64,000 bases of DNA, taken from a virus. The translations under genes and the position numbers were made by a program. The notes beneath the pieces were generated by a model. It was given only the letters and a program-made list of their open reading frames with translations. It did not search any database and was not told the origin of the DNA. Positions 20,701 to 32,989 of the stretch are shown here, piece by piece. The stretch lies in UHGV virus genome UHGV-0351052, one strand, 5' to 3'. Position 1 is the stretch's first letter. Each line of letters begins with the position of its first letter.

Positions 20701-21009
20701 TTATTTACCAATAAATTGAAGCAAATGCTCAACTTTCATACCATTAACGGAAATCAATTTGTCAATAGAAAAACCTCGCCATGCACCAAGCTCAACATCA
20801 AATACTGGAATCATATCCGTAGATTCTTTCCGAGTAGATTCAGTCAATTTACCAGTTTGCATGGTTGGCATAAAGTCTGCATCACGAGTACCTTTCATAA
20901 CACGAATAGTACCATCAGACTTTTCAAAAACTACGTTTGAAACACCCATGGACAATTTAGTTTTCAAAATTTCGCGAATTGCTACTTTTTGTTCAGTCGT
21001 CAGTTTCAT
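20701..21009 (-). CDS. hypothetical protein (102 aa)
   Basis: ORF. Confidence 0.6.
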   Translation of the reverse strand: MKLTTEQKVAIREILKTKLSMGVSNVVFEKSDGTIRVMKGTRDADFMPTMQTGKLTESTRKESTDMIPVFDVELGAWRGFSIDKLISVNGMKVEHLLQFIGK

Positions 21010-21246
21010 TTATTTACCTATTACAGTTTTAATATGAGTTGTTCCACGTTCTTTAAGGGTGGAAAGTAATTTTTGGCATTTTTCTAAATCAGATTTCCAA
21101 CTATATGGTCTATCAATACTAGTCCAACCAGTTTTATAATACTGTTTCCATTTAGAGAAAAAATATTTCTTATACTCTACAGCAAATGAGATGTTCTCGT
21201 TAGAATAAGAACTAATTGCTGTGAGCTTTACCAAACGAAATTTCAT
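21010..21246 (-). CDS. hypothetical protein (78 aa)
   Basis: ORF. Confidence 0.55.
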   Translation of the reverse strand: MKFRLVKLTAISSYSNENISFAVEYKKYFFSKWKQYYKTGWTSIDRPYSWKSDLEKCQKLLSTLKERGTTHIKTVIGK

Positions 21247-21827
21247 TATTCACCGCAGAATTCGTTGATATTTTTCCAGTTTAACTTATTCAAGTTTTTC
21301 TTAGGAACATTAAACACTTCAATACCTGCATTTCGCAGAATATCATCCCAACCAGGTTTATTTTTGTCGTATGTTTCACAATAAACCAGCTTTTTAATAC
21401 CAGATTGAGCTATCGCTTTTGCACAATCTGGGCAAGGAGAAAGTGTTACATACATAGTAGCACCTTCAATAGAAGAACCATTTCGTGCAGCAAACAAAAT
21501 TGCATTTAGTTCAGCATGAATTTCATTTTTAGACGACCATTCAGAGTGAGCGCTCCGGTGTTCTTTTGCCAAGACAAAACGATCAGTTGAACCAAATGAT
21601 ATGCATTCAGGCTTATGACTTTGAATGATAGTATGTTTAGGCTTATTCAACAACCAACCTTGCTCAGCAGCATAATCACAACAGTTCACACCCCCTGCGG
21701 GTGAACCATTATACCCAGTAGAAATAATACGTCCATTCTTTTCAATTACTGCTCCTACCTTCCAGGAGCAACACTTTGATTCTTGTGATACTAAATACGC
21801 AATTTGAAGTACTGTACTCGCTTTCAT
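21246..21827 (-). CDS. cd: dCMP deaminase
   Basis: 193 aa; zinc motifs HAE...PCPDC. Confidence 0.95.
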   Translation of the reverse strand: MKASTVLQIAYLVSQESKCCSWKVGAVIEKNGRIISTGYNGSPAGGVNCCDYAAEQGWLLNKPKHTIIQSHKPECISFGSTDRFVLAKEHRSAHSEWSSKNEIHAELNAILFAARNGSSIEGATMYVTLSPCPDCAKAIAQSGIKKLVYCETYDKNKPGWDDILRNAGIEVFNVPKKNLNKLNWKNINEFCGE

Positions 21828-22162
21828 TTCATAATCACCAGATAAGCAGATTTAGCAGTTTCAACACGATAAATTTCGTGACGAAGTTTAGTTATACTTT
21901 TAACAACAGAAGTAATTATATTCAGCCCATCTTTAAAGCGGTTTTTCTTATCAATAAAAACTGCGCCAGTCATCTTTTTGTGAAGCTCAACTGGATACTT
22001 CGTCACAATAATAGCATCATACACAGAAGGATGAATACTATTCACCAGAGTATCATTCATTAAAGTTATTCTAATGAACTTTGCTGTTTCAGAGTCAAGC
22101 GCTCTATGATCACCAGTATCGTTTTCAAGACAATTATCAATTATATCAGTTAAATTCATCAT
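21824..22162 (-). CDS. hypothetical protein (112 aa)
   Basis: ORF. Confidence 0.6.
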   Translation of the reverse strand: MMNLTDIIDNCLENDTGDHRALDSETAKFIRITLMNDTLVNSIHPSVYDAIIVTKYPVELHKKMTGAVFIDKKNRFKDGLNIITSVVKSITKLRHEIYRVETAKSAYLVIMK

Positions 22163-22395
22163 AGTACGCCATACACCCTTTGTGCTTCAACTAATCCATC
22201 AAAATCCAATTTGAGATGTGTTATTTGATCGCCATCACCTGGATTCACAATTACTAATACTGAACGAGAAGTTTCGGTAATAACACGAACCGATGTTTCA
22301 GGAAATCGTTCAGAAACCTTATTTACCAATTCCTGAGCAAATAGTTTAACTTTTTCTTGGAATTCTTTAACAGTAATTGGTTTTTCGCTTAGCAT
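22159..22395 (-). CDS. hypothetical protein (78 aa)
   Basis: ORF. Confidence 0.55.
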   Translation of the reverse strand: MLSEKPITVKEFQEKVKLFAQELVNKVSERFPETSVRVITETSRSVLVIVNPGDGDQITHLKLDFDGLVEAQRVYGVL

Positions 22396-22559
22396 GTTGA
22401 TCCTAGCTCCTTACTTTCAACATTTTTAACTAATTTGACAGAAACTAATTCAGCATCTTGAGTAATCATTACCGGACCTTCTTCATACTCTTCAAGATAT
22501 TCTAGAGCTTTCTTTTTAGCTTCTTCCTTCGTATCAGTTTGAGCATAGATATAAAACAT
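22389..22559 (-). CDS. hypothetical protein (56 aa)
   Basis: hand-translated ORF MFYIYAQTDTKEE... filling gap between track ORFs; below track size cut-off. Confidence 0.4.
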   Translation of the reverse strand: MFYIYAQTDTKEEAKKKALEYLEEYEEGPVMITQDAELVSVKLVKNVESKELGSTC

Positions 22560-22576
22560 ACAACCAGTAATACCTA

Positions 22577-22918
22577 CTACTTTCCACTTAATTTCTTTAT
22601 CAGTTTTAATTTCAAATTTACTGACAGAATCATCTTTTTGAACTTCTTCGAAAAAAGAATATATTCTAACATATAAGCAATTGAAAATAACGGGCTATCT
22701 TTATAGGATTCGCCCATTACATCAATAGCTTTATACCAGCAGTCATCAATTTCGCGTTTAATGCTAATAACATTTTTCGCAGGATCTATTTTTACTTTAA
22801 ATGAATTTTCCCCAATAAACTGGGTGATTCGTTTATTAGCCCCGCAAGTTTCATTAAAAATATCTTTATATCCAGTTTTAAAGCGATAAACCTTATCTTC
22901 TTCAAACCATTCGCTCAT
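22577..22918 (-). CDS. hypothetical protein (113 aa)
   Basis: ORF preceded by early promoter-like motif. Confidence 0.6.
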   Translation of the reverse strand: MSEWFEEDKVYRFKTGYKDIFNETCGANKRITQFIGENSFKVKIDPAKNVISIKREIDDCWYKAIDVMGESYKDSPLFSIAYMLEYILFSKKFKKMILSVNLKLKLIKKLSGK

Positions 22919-22980
22919 TTCAATTTCCTCACTTGTTTTGGTAGAGCTATAATATCACAACTCTACCGTAAAGTAAACTA

Positions 22981-23256
22981 TTAAATCGCTTTGAATTCCG
23001 CAGTTTGAGATTCAAAACGAATGTCGCCTTTGATAACTAGCTCAGCATCAAGACCGAATACGACAATGATATGCGCTGACCCAGGATACAGTTGAATAAC
23101 AACAGAATCCACCTGGTCTGGAAGCAAAGTGTTTAATACATGAGTCACTTGAGCATGGATTCGAAGTTCGGCTGCGTTATCAAGCTTTTCAAACATATTA
23201 TTAGCGATAATTTGACTAAACACTACTTCTACGATTTTAGAATAAGTCGGAAACAT
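22981..23256 (-). CDS. hypothetical protein (91 aa)
   Basis: ORF. Confidence 0.6.
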   Translation of the reverse strand: MFPTYSKIVEVVFSQIIANNMFEKLDNAAELRIHAQVTHVLNTLLPDQVDSVVIQLYPGSAHIIVVFGLDAELVIKGDIRFESQTAEFKAI

Positions 23257-23320
23257 ATTTACCTCACATAATTTTCTTCAAGCCAATTAATAATATCCCA
23301 AGTTTCATGATGCTACGCCA

Positions 23321-24521
<1,201 letters not shown>

Positions 24522-24525
<4 letters not shown>

Positions 24526-24752
24526 TTATTTTTCTCAACCAATGATTGAATATAATCATGCAAGTCTTTAGATGCTTTACCCCACTTATTTTGATATTCA
24601 TTTTTGAGATTAGCACGTGATTGAGCTAATAAAACATCATTAGTTGGAGGTAAAGATTCTAACCGCTGAATCTGGCGTCCATAAATCATTGCAGCCATCT
24701 CGGATTCATAAATCAATCCTTTGAGATGTTCAAATTGATGCCATGAAATCAT
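24522..24752 (-). CDS. hypothetical protein (76 aa)
   Basis: ORF. Confidence 0.55.
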
Positions 24753-25048
24753 TTACATTTATCCTCTTTTAACTCTTGACGATAATAACATATCATAGTT
24801 TTCTGGTCATGTACATATCGTTTTACATCATTAAGCCAAATACGAAATTCCTGGGAATCTTCAAATGGCATACCGACCCAAGCTTTACCATCGATAACTT
24901 TAACTTGCCAAGATAGTTTAGCTTCATCATATGACTTTATTTGTACAGGCCAATTAGGATGAACTGTTTCTTTCTTTACTTCTAGAGGCTTTGTCGAACA
25001 ACCAACTAAAAGACCAATAGATAATATTACTGCTGATAGTTTAATCAT
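24749..25048 (-). CDS. o-spanin-like outer-membrane lipoprotein (Rz1 equivalent)
   Basis: lipobox LLVGC after signal peptide; C-terminal cysteine; immediately downstream of i-spanin-like gene. Confidence 0.6.
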   Translation of the reverse strand: MIKLSAVILSIGLLVGCSTKPLEVKKETVHPNWPVQIKSYDEAKLSWQVKVIDGKAWVGMPFEDSQEFRIWLNDVKRYVHDQKTMICYYRQELKEDKCK

Positions 25049-25398
25049 TTAGAAAGGTCCTGGATGTCTTCTGCGAACTTGTTGAAGGAGTTGTTGATTT
25101 GTTTTTCAACCAATCCTGGCTTATGAGCCACCACATCCGCCTTCTTTGCATCTTTGCGCAGTTTTTCATTTTCACGCTCAATAGCAGCAATTGCCTCACG
25201 ATTTTTATTATTCATCGCATCAATATAATTATACTGAATTCGCAAATTATTTAATGCTAAAGCGTTTTCATTGGCTGTTTTTGTAATTTCAGTAACTGAT
25301 GTTTCTAGTCTTTCTACCTTATTTTTTAAAATAATAGATGTTCCGCCAAATGCTATTACAAGTAATAGCAATCCAGCTGTAAAATTACTTACATGCAT
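25045..25398 (-). CDS. i-spanin-like protein (Rz equivalent)
   Basis: N-terminal transmembrane helix followed by coiled-coil-prone charged region; paired with lipoprotein gene. Confidence 0.6.
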   Translation of the reverse strand: MHVSNFTAGLLLLVIAFGGTSIILKNKVERLETSVTEITKTANENALALNNLRIQYNYIDAMNNKNREAIAAIERENEKLRKDAKKADVVAHKPGLVEKQINNSFNKFAEDIQDLSK

Positions 25399-25895
25399 AA
25401 AGTTTTAATAACCTCTATAATATCGTCTTGAGAAAGACCGTTAATTAAAATATGATGTTCAGCTGGAGATTTAGAAATTTTAAAGCATGCCTCAACATCT
25501 TCTGCCATATCCGATGCACTACGATTTGGATTACTAATACCAAGGCGGTGTTTTCCCGTCAAAGGATTAACGATGATATAGCATTTGCAGCTATTGATAT
25601 GAACATTAGGTTGAGTCTGATTAATGAACACTTCACAATCATACTTAGCGAGTTGATTTTCTAAAAAGACTTTCATCTCTTCAACCGCATCAGGAAGCAT
25701 ATCACGGGCTTTCTCAAGACGACGATTTCGATATTCTTTAATGGTCGTTTTCCGCTTGACTTGCTTAGCTAAATCTTTCTTAAGATCGGTGATATATCCA
25801 ACTCGACGATTTCCTTTGAATACAGAAATCCCATCTGTAGTATCACCGTATGCTTCAACGACCATTTCAGTAGTAATAAGTTGTAAATCCATCAT
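25389..25895 (-). CDS. alc: Alc transcription termination factor (host transcription shut-off)
   Basis: 168 aa; matches T4 Alc as recalled. Confidence 0.9.
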   Translation of the reverse strand: MMDLQLITTEMVVEAYGDTTDGISVFKGNRRVGYITDLKKDLAKQVKRKTTIKEYRNRRLEKARDMLPDAVEEMKVFLENQLAKYDCEVFINQTQPNVHINSCKCYIIVNPLTGKHRLGISNPNRSASDMAEDVEACFKISKSPAEHHILINGLSQDDIIEVIKTLCM

Positions 25896-25923
25896 AAAGT
25901 CCTCATGTTATGTCAGTAAGACT

Positions 25924-25953
25924 ACTATAACACAACACGAGGGACTTGTAAAC
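25924..25953 (-). promoter_or_regulatory. sigma70-type early promoter (-35 GTTTACA, -10 TATAGT) upstream of alc
   Basis: second copy of the 54-bp promoter/leader cassette. Confidence 0.5.
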
Positions 25954-25956
25954 AGC

Positions 25957-27544
<1,588 letters not shown>

Positions 27545-27571
27545 AATAAAATGGGCCTTGCGGCCCACTCC

Positions 27572-28074
27572 TTAAAAGTATTTTTTAAAACTCATCATAA
27601 CTTTATCATCAACATCATTATCAATCTGTGCAACAAGGTAAGATGACAGTTCTACTTCTTGTGGCGCGGATTGAACATTATCAGAATTAAGATATTCACG
27701 AATCCAAGGATACGGATGTTTAACCGGAGCATCGGTAATTGGGCATGGAAGACCACACTGTTTCATACGAGATACAGTTAAGTAATCAATAAAGCTCCAC
27801 ATGCTATTTGTATTTAATCCAGGAACATCGCCATCTTTAAATAAATGAACTGCCCAATCTTTTTCTTGGCGGTTAACTTCCATGAAAATATCAACTGCTT
27901 CTTGTTCACACTCTTGAGCAATTTTAACCCATTCATCACCATCAGTGCCAAGTTGAAGTTGACGAATAATATATTGAGTGCCTTTAAGGTGAAGCTGCTC
28001 ATCACGTGCAATGAACTTCATAATCTTGGCATTACCTTCCATGATTTCCATGTTCTTATGGAAGTTAAAGGTAC
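27572..28074 (-). CDS. nrdB: ribonucleotide reductase small subunit NrdB, exon 2
   Basis: frame continues upstream of track ATG to ...TFNFHKNMEIMEGNAK; conserved R2 motif MEGNAK; boundary approximate. Confidence 0.8.
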
Positions 28075-28668
28075 CGTTATGTTCAATTGAGCTCGCTAAT
28101 TCTCAACCCGTTCTCTTATGAACTGCTACATATTACTATGCAGACCAGACTATATCACAATCCCAGAGGGATTCTCCCCATTTCGAGTCGCTTGACCCTA
28201 CGTCCGAAGACTAGTCGTTGAACCTTGCTTTGCAATTGTCGCCGTGCCATCGTTTATATGTTGATGGTGATAAATCTTTCTTATCACAATATGGACAATT
28301 CAATTGAATTCTATTTGGATTTAATTTGCATCTGTCATTATGTTTTAAATAAAATCCAGGACCTTTACCAATGTGACCGCAGAAATCACATGTGATTTCT
28401 TTTTGTGCAGGATGGGTCCCGTTCTTAACCATTTCTAATGTTTTTGCTGATGTTCTTTTCTTATGGTCTTCCATCAGAATCTTTAGGTATAGGTCCGTTA
28501 GCATCTATCCAAATTTTTCTATAGTTCAATTGTGCATCCTCTTAAAAGTATAATCATATTATACTAATTAAAGGTGCAAGCAAAACCTTGGCTGCTAGTT
28601 TTCCTATAAAGGACTTTCCAGCAATTAAAGGAGTTTTCGATAAACGTTACCGTTTAAAGGCGCATTTT
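28075..28668 (-). mobile_element. group I self-splicing intron in nrdB (about 594 nt)
   Basis: exon 1 frame terminates after YVSFA; intron splits a Cys codon (T|GT); shares core elements (CAGACTATATC..., CGAGTC-CTTGACCCTAC, GTCGTT) with td intron; ends in G. Confidence 0.75.
28211..28504 (-). pseudogene. truncated intron endonuclease ORF (I-TevIII-like zinc-finger remnant, 97 aa)
   Basis: ORF inside nrdB intron with CxxC/CxxC zinc-finger motifs but no HNH catalytic motif. Confidence 0.6.
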
Positions 28669-29344
28669 ACGCAAAAGATACATAAAAACGAATAGCTTCT
28701 AAGGCATTAATAACGTGCAAACAGAGGTAAAGAGATTTCATTAAAGCACGTTTAGCTTCGGCTTCTTGTTTAATAGCTCGGTTTAAACGAAAGACAGCAT
28801 CAGGAGATTCTTTAGCTAGTTCTACAAATTCTTTAGCATTTTCCCATTCACGGGTTTTAATCAGAACATCATCATAATAGCGTCCAATAGATTCGGCTCG
28901 TTTCATGATTGCTTCATCTAATACAATCTCATCAAATACCTTTGACGGATCAGTATAAAGATTTCGCATGATATGTGTATATGAACGGCTGTGAATAGTT
29001 TCACTAAAAGTCCACGTAGCAACCCATGTATCAAGGCTTGGGTCTGAAATTAATGACATAAGTACAGCAGACGGCGCACGACCCTGAATGCTATCCAAAA
29101 GTGATTGATACTTCAGATTATTAGTAAAAATATTTTGCTGATACTGAGGAAGCTTATTAAACTGTGCAGCATCCATCATTAAGTTTACTTCTTCGGGACG
29201 CCAGAAAAAACTGATCTGTCGCTCAATGAGTTCTTCAAATACTCGATGTCGTTGAATATCATATCGAGCTAAACCTAATCCAGAACCAAAGAACATCGGT
29301 TCATTCAAAACATCAACTGGATTTGTATTAAAAACTGTGCTCAT
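28669..29344 (-). CDS. nrdB: ribonucleotide reductase small subunit NrdB, exon 1
   Basis: 225-codon frame ending ...AIRFYVSFA followed by in-frame stop at intron start. Confidence 0.85.
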
Positions 29345-29395
29345 AATTTTTCCTCTTAGTTAATAGATAGTGACTCGTCCGTGAGTCAAATTATA

Positions 29396-31660
29396 TCATA
29401 ATTTACAGGATGAACAGTCTTCAGCTTTTGGAGTTTCTATTTCATAATCATCAGTACCAGAACCATCACGGGTATTATGATAATAGAAATTTTTAATGCC
29501 ATAATACCATCCGTATAGCATGTCATCAATCATTATTGACATTGGAACCTTTCCTTTTGGAAAAATCTGCGGGTCATAATATGTATTCGCTGAAGCCGAT
29601 TGACATATCCATTTCAGCATAATAGCTACCTGCGTAAGATAAGGTTTATTACCTTTCTTAGCTAATTTCCATGTATAATCATAGAGGTCTATGTTATGCT
29701 CAATATTGGGCACGACTTGATTAAAGGAGCCCTCTTTTGATTCTTTAACAGAGACTGGTCCACGTGGAGGCTCGATACCGTTTGTACTGTTAGAAACTTG
29801 GGAAGATGACTCACACGGCATAAGTGCTGATAATGTGCTATTACGGATGCCAAAGAGCTTAAGGTCTTCCCGCAGCGACGACCAGTCACAAACGTATTTT
29901 GGAGCTGCGATTTGGTCAATCTTTTTATTGTACCAGTCGATAGGTAATTCGCCTCGAGACCAACGAGTGTCTGAATAATATTCGCAAGGTCCTTTTTCTT
30001 TGGCGAGCTTAATGGATGCTTTAATGAGTCCATACTGTAATCTCTCAAATAGTTCATGTGTTAAATCGTTAGCATCTTCATAAGAAGCAAAGTTACTTGC
30101 CAGCCAAGCTGCATAGTTAGTAACACCTACACCAAGGTTACGACGCTTTTTAGCTTTTTCTGCTTCAGGAACTGGATATCCTTGGTAATCCAAAAGATTA
30201 TCAAGAGCACGAACCTGGACTTCTGCCAATTCATTAATTTTATCTTGGTCTTGCCAGTCAAAATTATCCAGTACGAAGGCAGAGAGAGTACAGAGCCCAA
30301 TTTCAGCATCAGGACTATTCACATCATTTGTTGGAATAGCAATTTCACAGCACAAGTTACTCTGACGAATAGGTGCCTTTTCACGAATAAACGGAGTATA
30401 GTTATTCGTATTATCAATGAACTGCACATAAATCCTTGCTGTTCCTGAACGTTCAGTCATGAGCAATTCAAATAGTTCACGGGCTTTAATACGCTTTTTA
30501 CGAATATTAGGGTCTTTTTCTGCTGCTTCGTATAATTCACGGAAACGGTCTTGGTCTTTAAAATAAGAATAATAAAGCTCTCCGCCCATTTCATGGGGAC
30601 TGAACAAAGTAATGTAATCGTTCTTTCCAAAACGTTCCATCATCAAATCATTCAGTTGAACACCATAATCCATATGACGAATGCGGTTTTCTTCTACGCC
30701 TTTGTTATTTTTCAAAACAAGAAGATTTTCAACTTCCAAATGCCAAATAGGATAATAAGCAGTAGCAGCGCCGCCACGAATTCCACCCTGTGAGCATGAT
30801 TTAACAGCAGTCTGAAAATGTTTCCAAAAAGGAATAACACCAGTATGGCGTACTTCACCCATGCCAATCTTAGAACCTTCGGCACGAATCATACCAACGT
30901 TAATACCGATTCCAGCTCGTTTGGAAATATATTCAACAATTGAAGCAGAAGCCTTATTGATAGACTTCAGTGAATCGCCTGCCTCAATAACAACGCATGA
31001 ACTAAACTGCCGAGTTGGAGTACGGCAACCAGCCATAATAGGAGTTGGTAATGAAATCTGTCGAGTAGATACTGCTTCATAAAAACGGATAACATGTTTT
31101 AATCTATCAACAGGTTCATCTTGATGCAGTGCCATTCCAATAGCCATAAATGCAAACTGTGGAGTTTCATAAATTTGACCAGTGGTTTTATCTTTAACTA
31201 AATATTTTTCTTTTAATTGCATCGCCCCGGAATAAGTAAATTCCATATCCCGTTCGTGCTTAATTTTTGATTCTAAAAATGTAATTTCTTCTGCTGAATA
31301 TTTTGACAATAATTCAGGGTCATATTTACCTTCATTTACACAGTAAGAAATATGGTCAATAAATGAACGTGGTTCATACTGCCCATAAACATGCTTACGA
31401 AGAGCGAACATTAAACAGCGTGCAGCTACATATTGATAATCAGGTTCTTCAACCGAAATAGAATTCGCAGCGGCCTTAATGACAATAGTCTGAATATCAT
31501 CAGTTGTCATTCCATCACGGAGATAAGATTTAATATTTTCATATAATTCATAAGGATCTACTGATGTTCCTTCAGCTGCCCAAGATAAAACTTTAATAAT
31601 TTTTTGTGGGTCAAAGCTCTGAGAAACACCACTACTTTTGATAACATTAATTAATTGCAT
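29396..31660 (-). CDS. nrdA: ribonucleotide reductase large subunit NrdA
   Basis: 754 aa from MQLINVIKSSG (ATG 31660 with GAGGA SD); track ORF extends 32 codons upstream. Confidence 0.95.
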   Translation of the reverse strand: MQLINVIKSSGVSQSFDPQKIIKVLSWAAEGTSVDPYELYENIKSYLRDGMTTDDIQTIVIKAAANSISVEEPDYQYVAARCLMFALRKHVYGQYEPRSFIDHISYCVNEGKYDPELLSKYSAEEITFLESKIKHERDMEFTYSGAMQLKEKYLVKDKTTGQIYETPQFAFMAIGMALHQDEPVDRLKHVIRFYEAVSTRQISLPTPIMAGCRTPTRQFSSCVVIEAGDSLKSINKASASIVEYISKRAGIGINVGMIRAEGSKIGMGEVRHTGVIPFWKHFQTAVKSCSQGGIRGGAATAYYPIWHLEVENLLVLKNNKGVEENRIRHMDYGVQLNDLMMERFGKNDYITLFSPHEMGGELYYSYFKDQDRFRELYEAAEKDPNIRKKRIKARELFELLMTERSGTARIYVQFIDNTNNYTPFIREKAPIRQSNLCCEIAIPTNDVNSPDAEIGLCTLSAFVLDNFDWQDQDKINELAEVQVRALDNLLDYQGYPVPEAEKAKKRRNLGVGVTNYAAWLASNFASYEDANDLTHELFERLQYGLIKASIKLAKEKGPCEYYSDTRWSRGELPIDWYNKKIDQIAAPKYVCDWSSLREDLKLFGIRNSTLSALMPCESSSQVSNSTNGIEPPRGPVSVKESKEGSFNQVVPNIEHNIDLYDYTWKLAKKGNKPYLTQVAIMLKWICQSASANTYYDPQIFPKGKVPMSIMIDDMLYGWYYGIKNFYYHNTRDGSGTDDYEIETPKAEDCSSCKL

Positions 31661-31685
31661 AAGTCCTCTGTAGTAAGTTACCCCA

Positions 31686-31693
31686 TATAAATA
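31686..31693 (+). promoter_or_regulatory. late promoter TATAAATA for free-standing GIY-YIG endonuclease
   Basis: exact TATAAATA 23 nt upstream of ATG 31716; AGGAGA SD between. Confidence 0.5.
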
Positions 31694-31715
31694 TAATTTT
31701 ATATAGGAGAATATA

Positions 31716-32447
31716 ATGAAATCTGGAATATATGCTATTATAAACACTAAAACCAATAAGCACTATATAGGAAGTGCAATTAATTTTGAAGAACGATGGA
31801 AACGACACTTTAAAGATTTAGATAATGGAAATCATCATTCAATAAAGCTGCAGCGTTCTTATAATAAGCATGGGAAAGATGCTTTCGTATGTAAAATCAT
31901 AGAAGAACTTCCATACGAAAAATCTATCATTATTGAACGTGAAAATTATTGGATACATGAATATGACTCAAAGGAAAATGGGTATAATATAGCAGACGCA
32001 TCGTTTGGGGATACCTTATCTCATCACCCAAGAAAGCAAGAAATCCTTAATAAAATTTCAAATGCAATTAAAAATAATAATTCAAAATTATCACCAGAAG
32101 AACTTAAGCAAAAACATGGTAGACCTAAAGATATCAAAGGTAAAACTATAGAAGAACACTATGGGTTAGATCGTGCTATAGAACTAAGCAAAAAGTTCCA
32201 AGAAAGAAACGCTGCGCTTAATATGAAAGGCATCAATAATCCATATTATGGACAGACACATACCAATGAAGTTAGAAAACGAATTTCTGACTCACAAAGA
32301 GGTAAAAAGAAACCCCATCTAAGAGTAAGTATAGATGGGGTAGAATATCCAACAATAGCAGAAGCTGTGCGTCAAACCGGAATAAGCAGAAAACTTATAT
32401 CTAAAAGATGTGCTCTAGATTGTTGGGAATCATATTTATACTGCTAA
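31716..32447 (+). CDS. free-standing GIY-YIG homing endonuclease, I-TevI paralog (243 aa)
   Basis: N-terminal ~100 aa about 70% identical to I-TevI catalytic domain (GIY...YIG, RWKRHFK, NGYNIAD); divergent C-terminal domain; opposite strand to flanking nrdA and td. Confidence 0.85.
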   Translation: MKSGIYAIINTKTNKHYIGSAINFEERWKRHFKDLDNGNHHSIKLQRSYNKHGKDAFVCKIIEELPYEKSIIIERENYWIHEYDSKENGYNIADASFGDTLSHHPRKQEILNKISNAIKNNNSKLSPEELKQKHGRPKDIKGKTIEEHYGLDRAIELSKKFQERNAALNMKGINNPYYGQTHTNEVRKRISDSQRGKKKPHLRVSIDGVEYPTIAEAVRQTGISRKLISKRCALDCWESYLYC

Positions 32448-32681
32448 AGTTCTACATTCTTCATATTGTTTTTCCGTTAAAACAGTAATATCATAATAAC
32501 AGTCAGAAGAAGTTTTAACTGTAGAAATTTTATTATCAAAATACTCACGAGTCATTTTATGAGTATAATATTTTTTGCCATAAATGATAATAGGCTGATT
32601 TGGTCCTGGAACTTCTAACTCGCTTGGGTTAGGAAGTGTAAAAAGAACTACACCAGAAGTATCTTTAAATCGTAAAATCAT
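32436..32681 (-). CDS. hypothetical protein (81 aa) downstream of td
   Basis: ORF; 3' end overlaps convergent endonuclease gene by 12 nt. Confidence 0.5.
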   Translation of the reverse strand: MILRFKDTSGVVLFTLPNPSELEVPGPNQPIIIYGKKYYTHKMTREYFDNKISTVKTSSDCYYDITVLTEKQYEECRTLAV

Positions 32682-32989
32682 ATTGCCATTTTCCCTTTAA
32701 TTGCTGGATGCGATTCATAATTTTCAAGGATAAAATCTTTCGGTTTCATGTATTCAGTTAACCAGTAAAGCTGTGTTTCGGTGTCACAATTTCCAAACTC
32801 TATAGGCCAATCAATTTTAAGTTCACACAGTTCTTTAGGCTCACGACGTAAAATTTCTTTACATTGCTCAGTATGATTCATATAGATGTGAGTATTACCG
32901 CCAGAAAATATCAAATCTCCTGGGATAAGATTACACATCTTAGCTACAATATGAACTAACGCAGCGTATGATGCAATATTAAATGGTAG
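32678..32989 (-). CDS. td: thymidylate synthase, exon 2
   Basis: starts LPFNIASY directly after intron-terminal ATG; exon 1 + exon 2 = 286 aa. Confidence 0.9.
   Translation of the reverse strand, partial: LPFNIASYAALVHIVAKMCNLIPGDLIFSGGNTHIYMNHTEQCKEILRREPKELCELKIDWPIEFGNCDTETQLYWLTEYMKPKDFILENYESHPAIKGKMAI

Noticed and set aside
27572-29344. nrdB appearing as two separate genes
   Set aside because: The two frames together reconstitute a contiguous R2 protein across a ~594-nt interval with group I intron sequence blocks; interpreted as an intron-split gene, not two genes or a pseudogene.
29345-29395. Possible homing endonuclease (mobE-like) between nrdA and nrdB
   Set aside because: Only ~50 bp separate the genes; no ORF is present.
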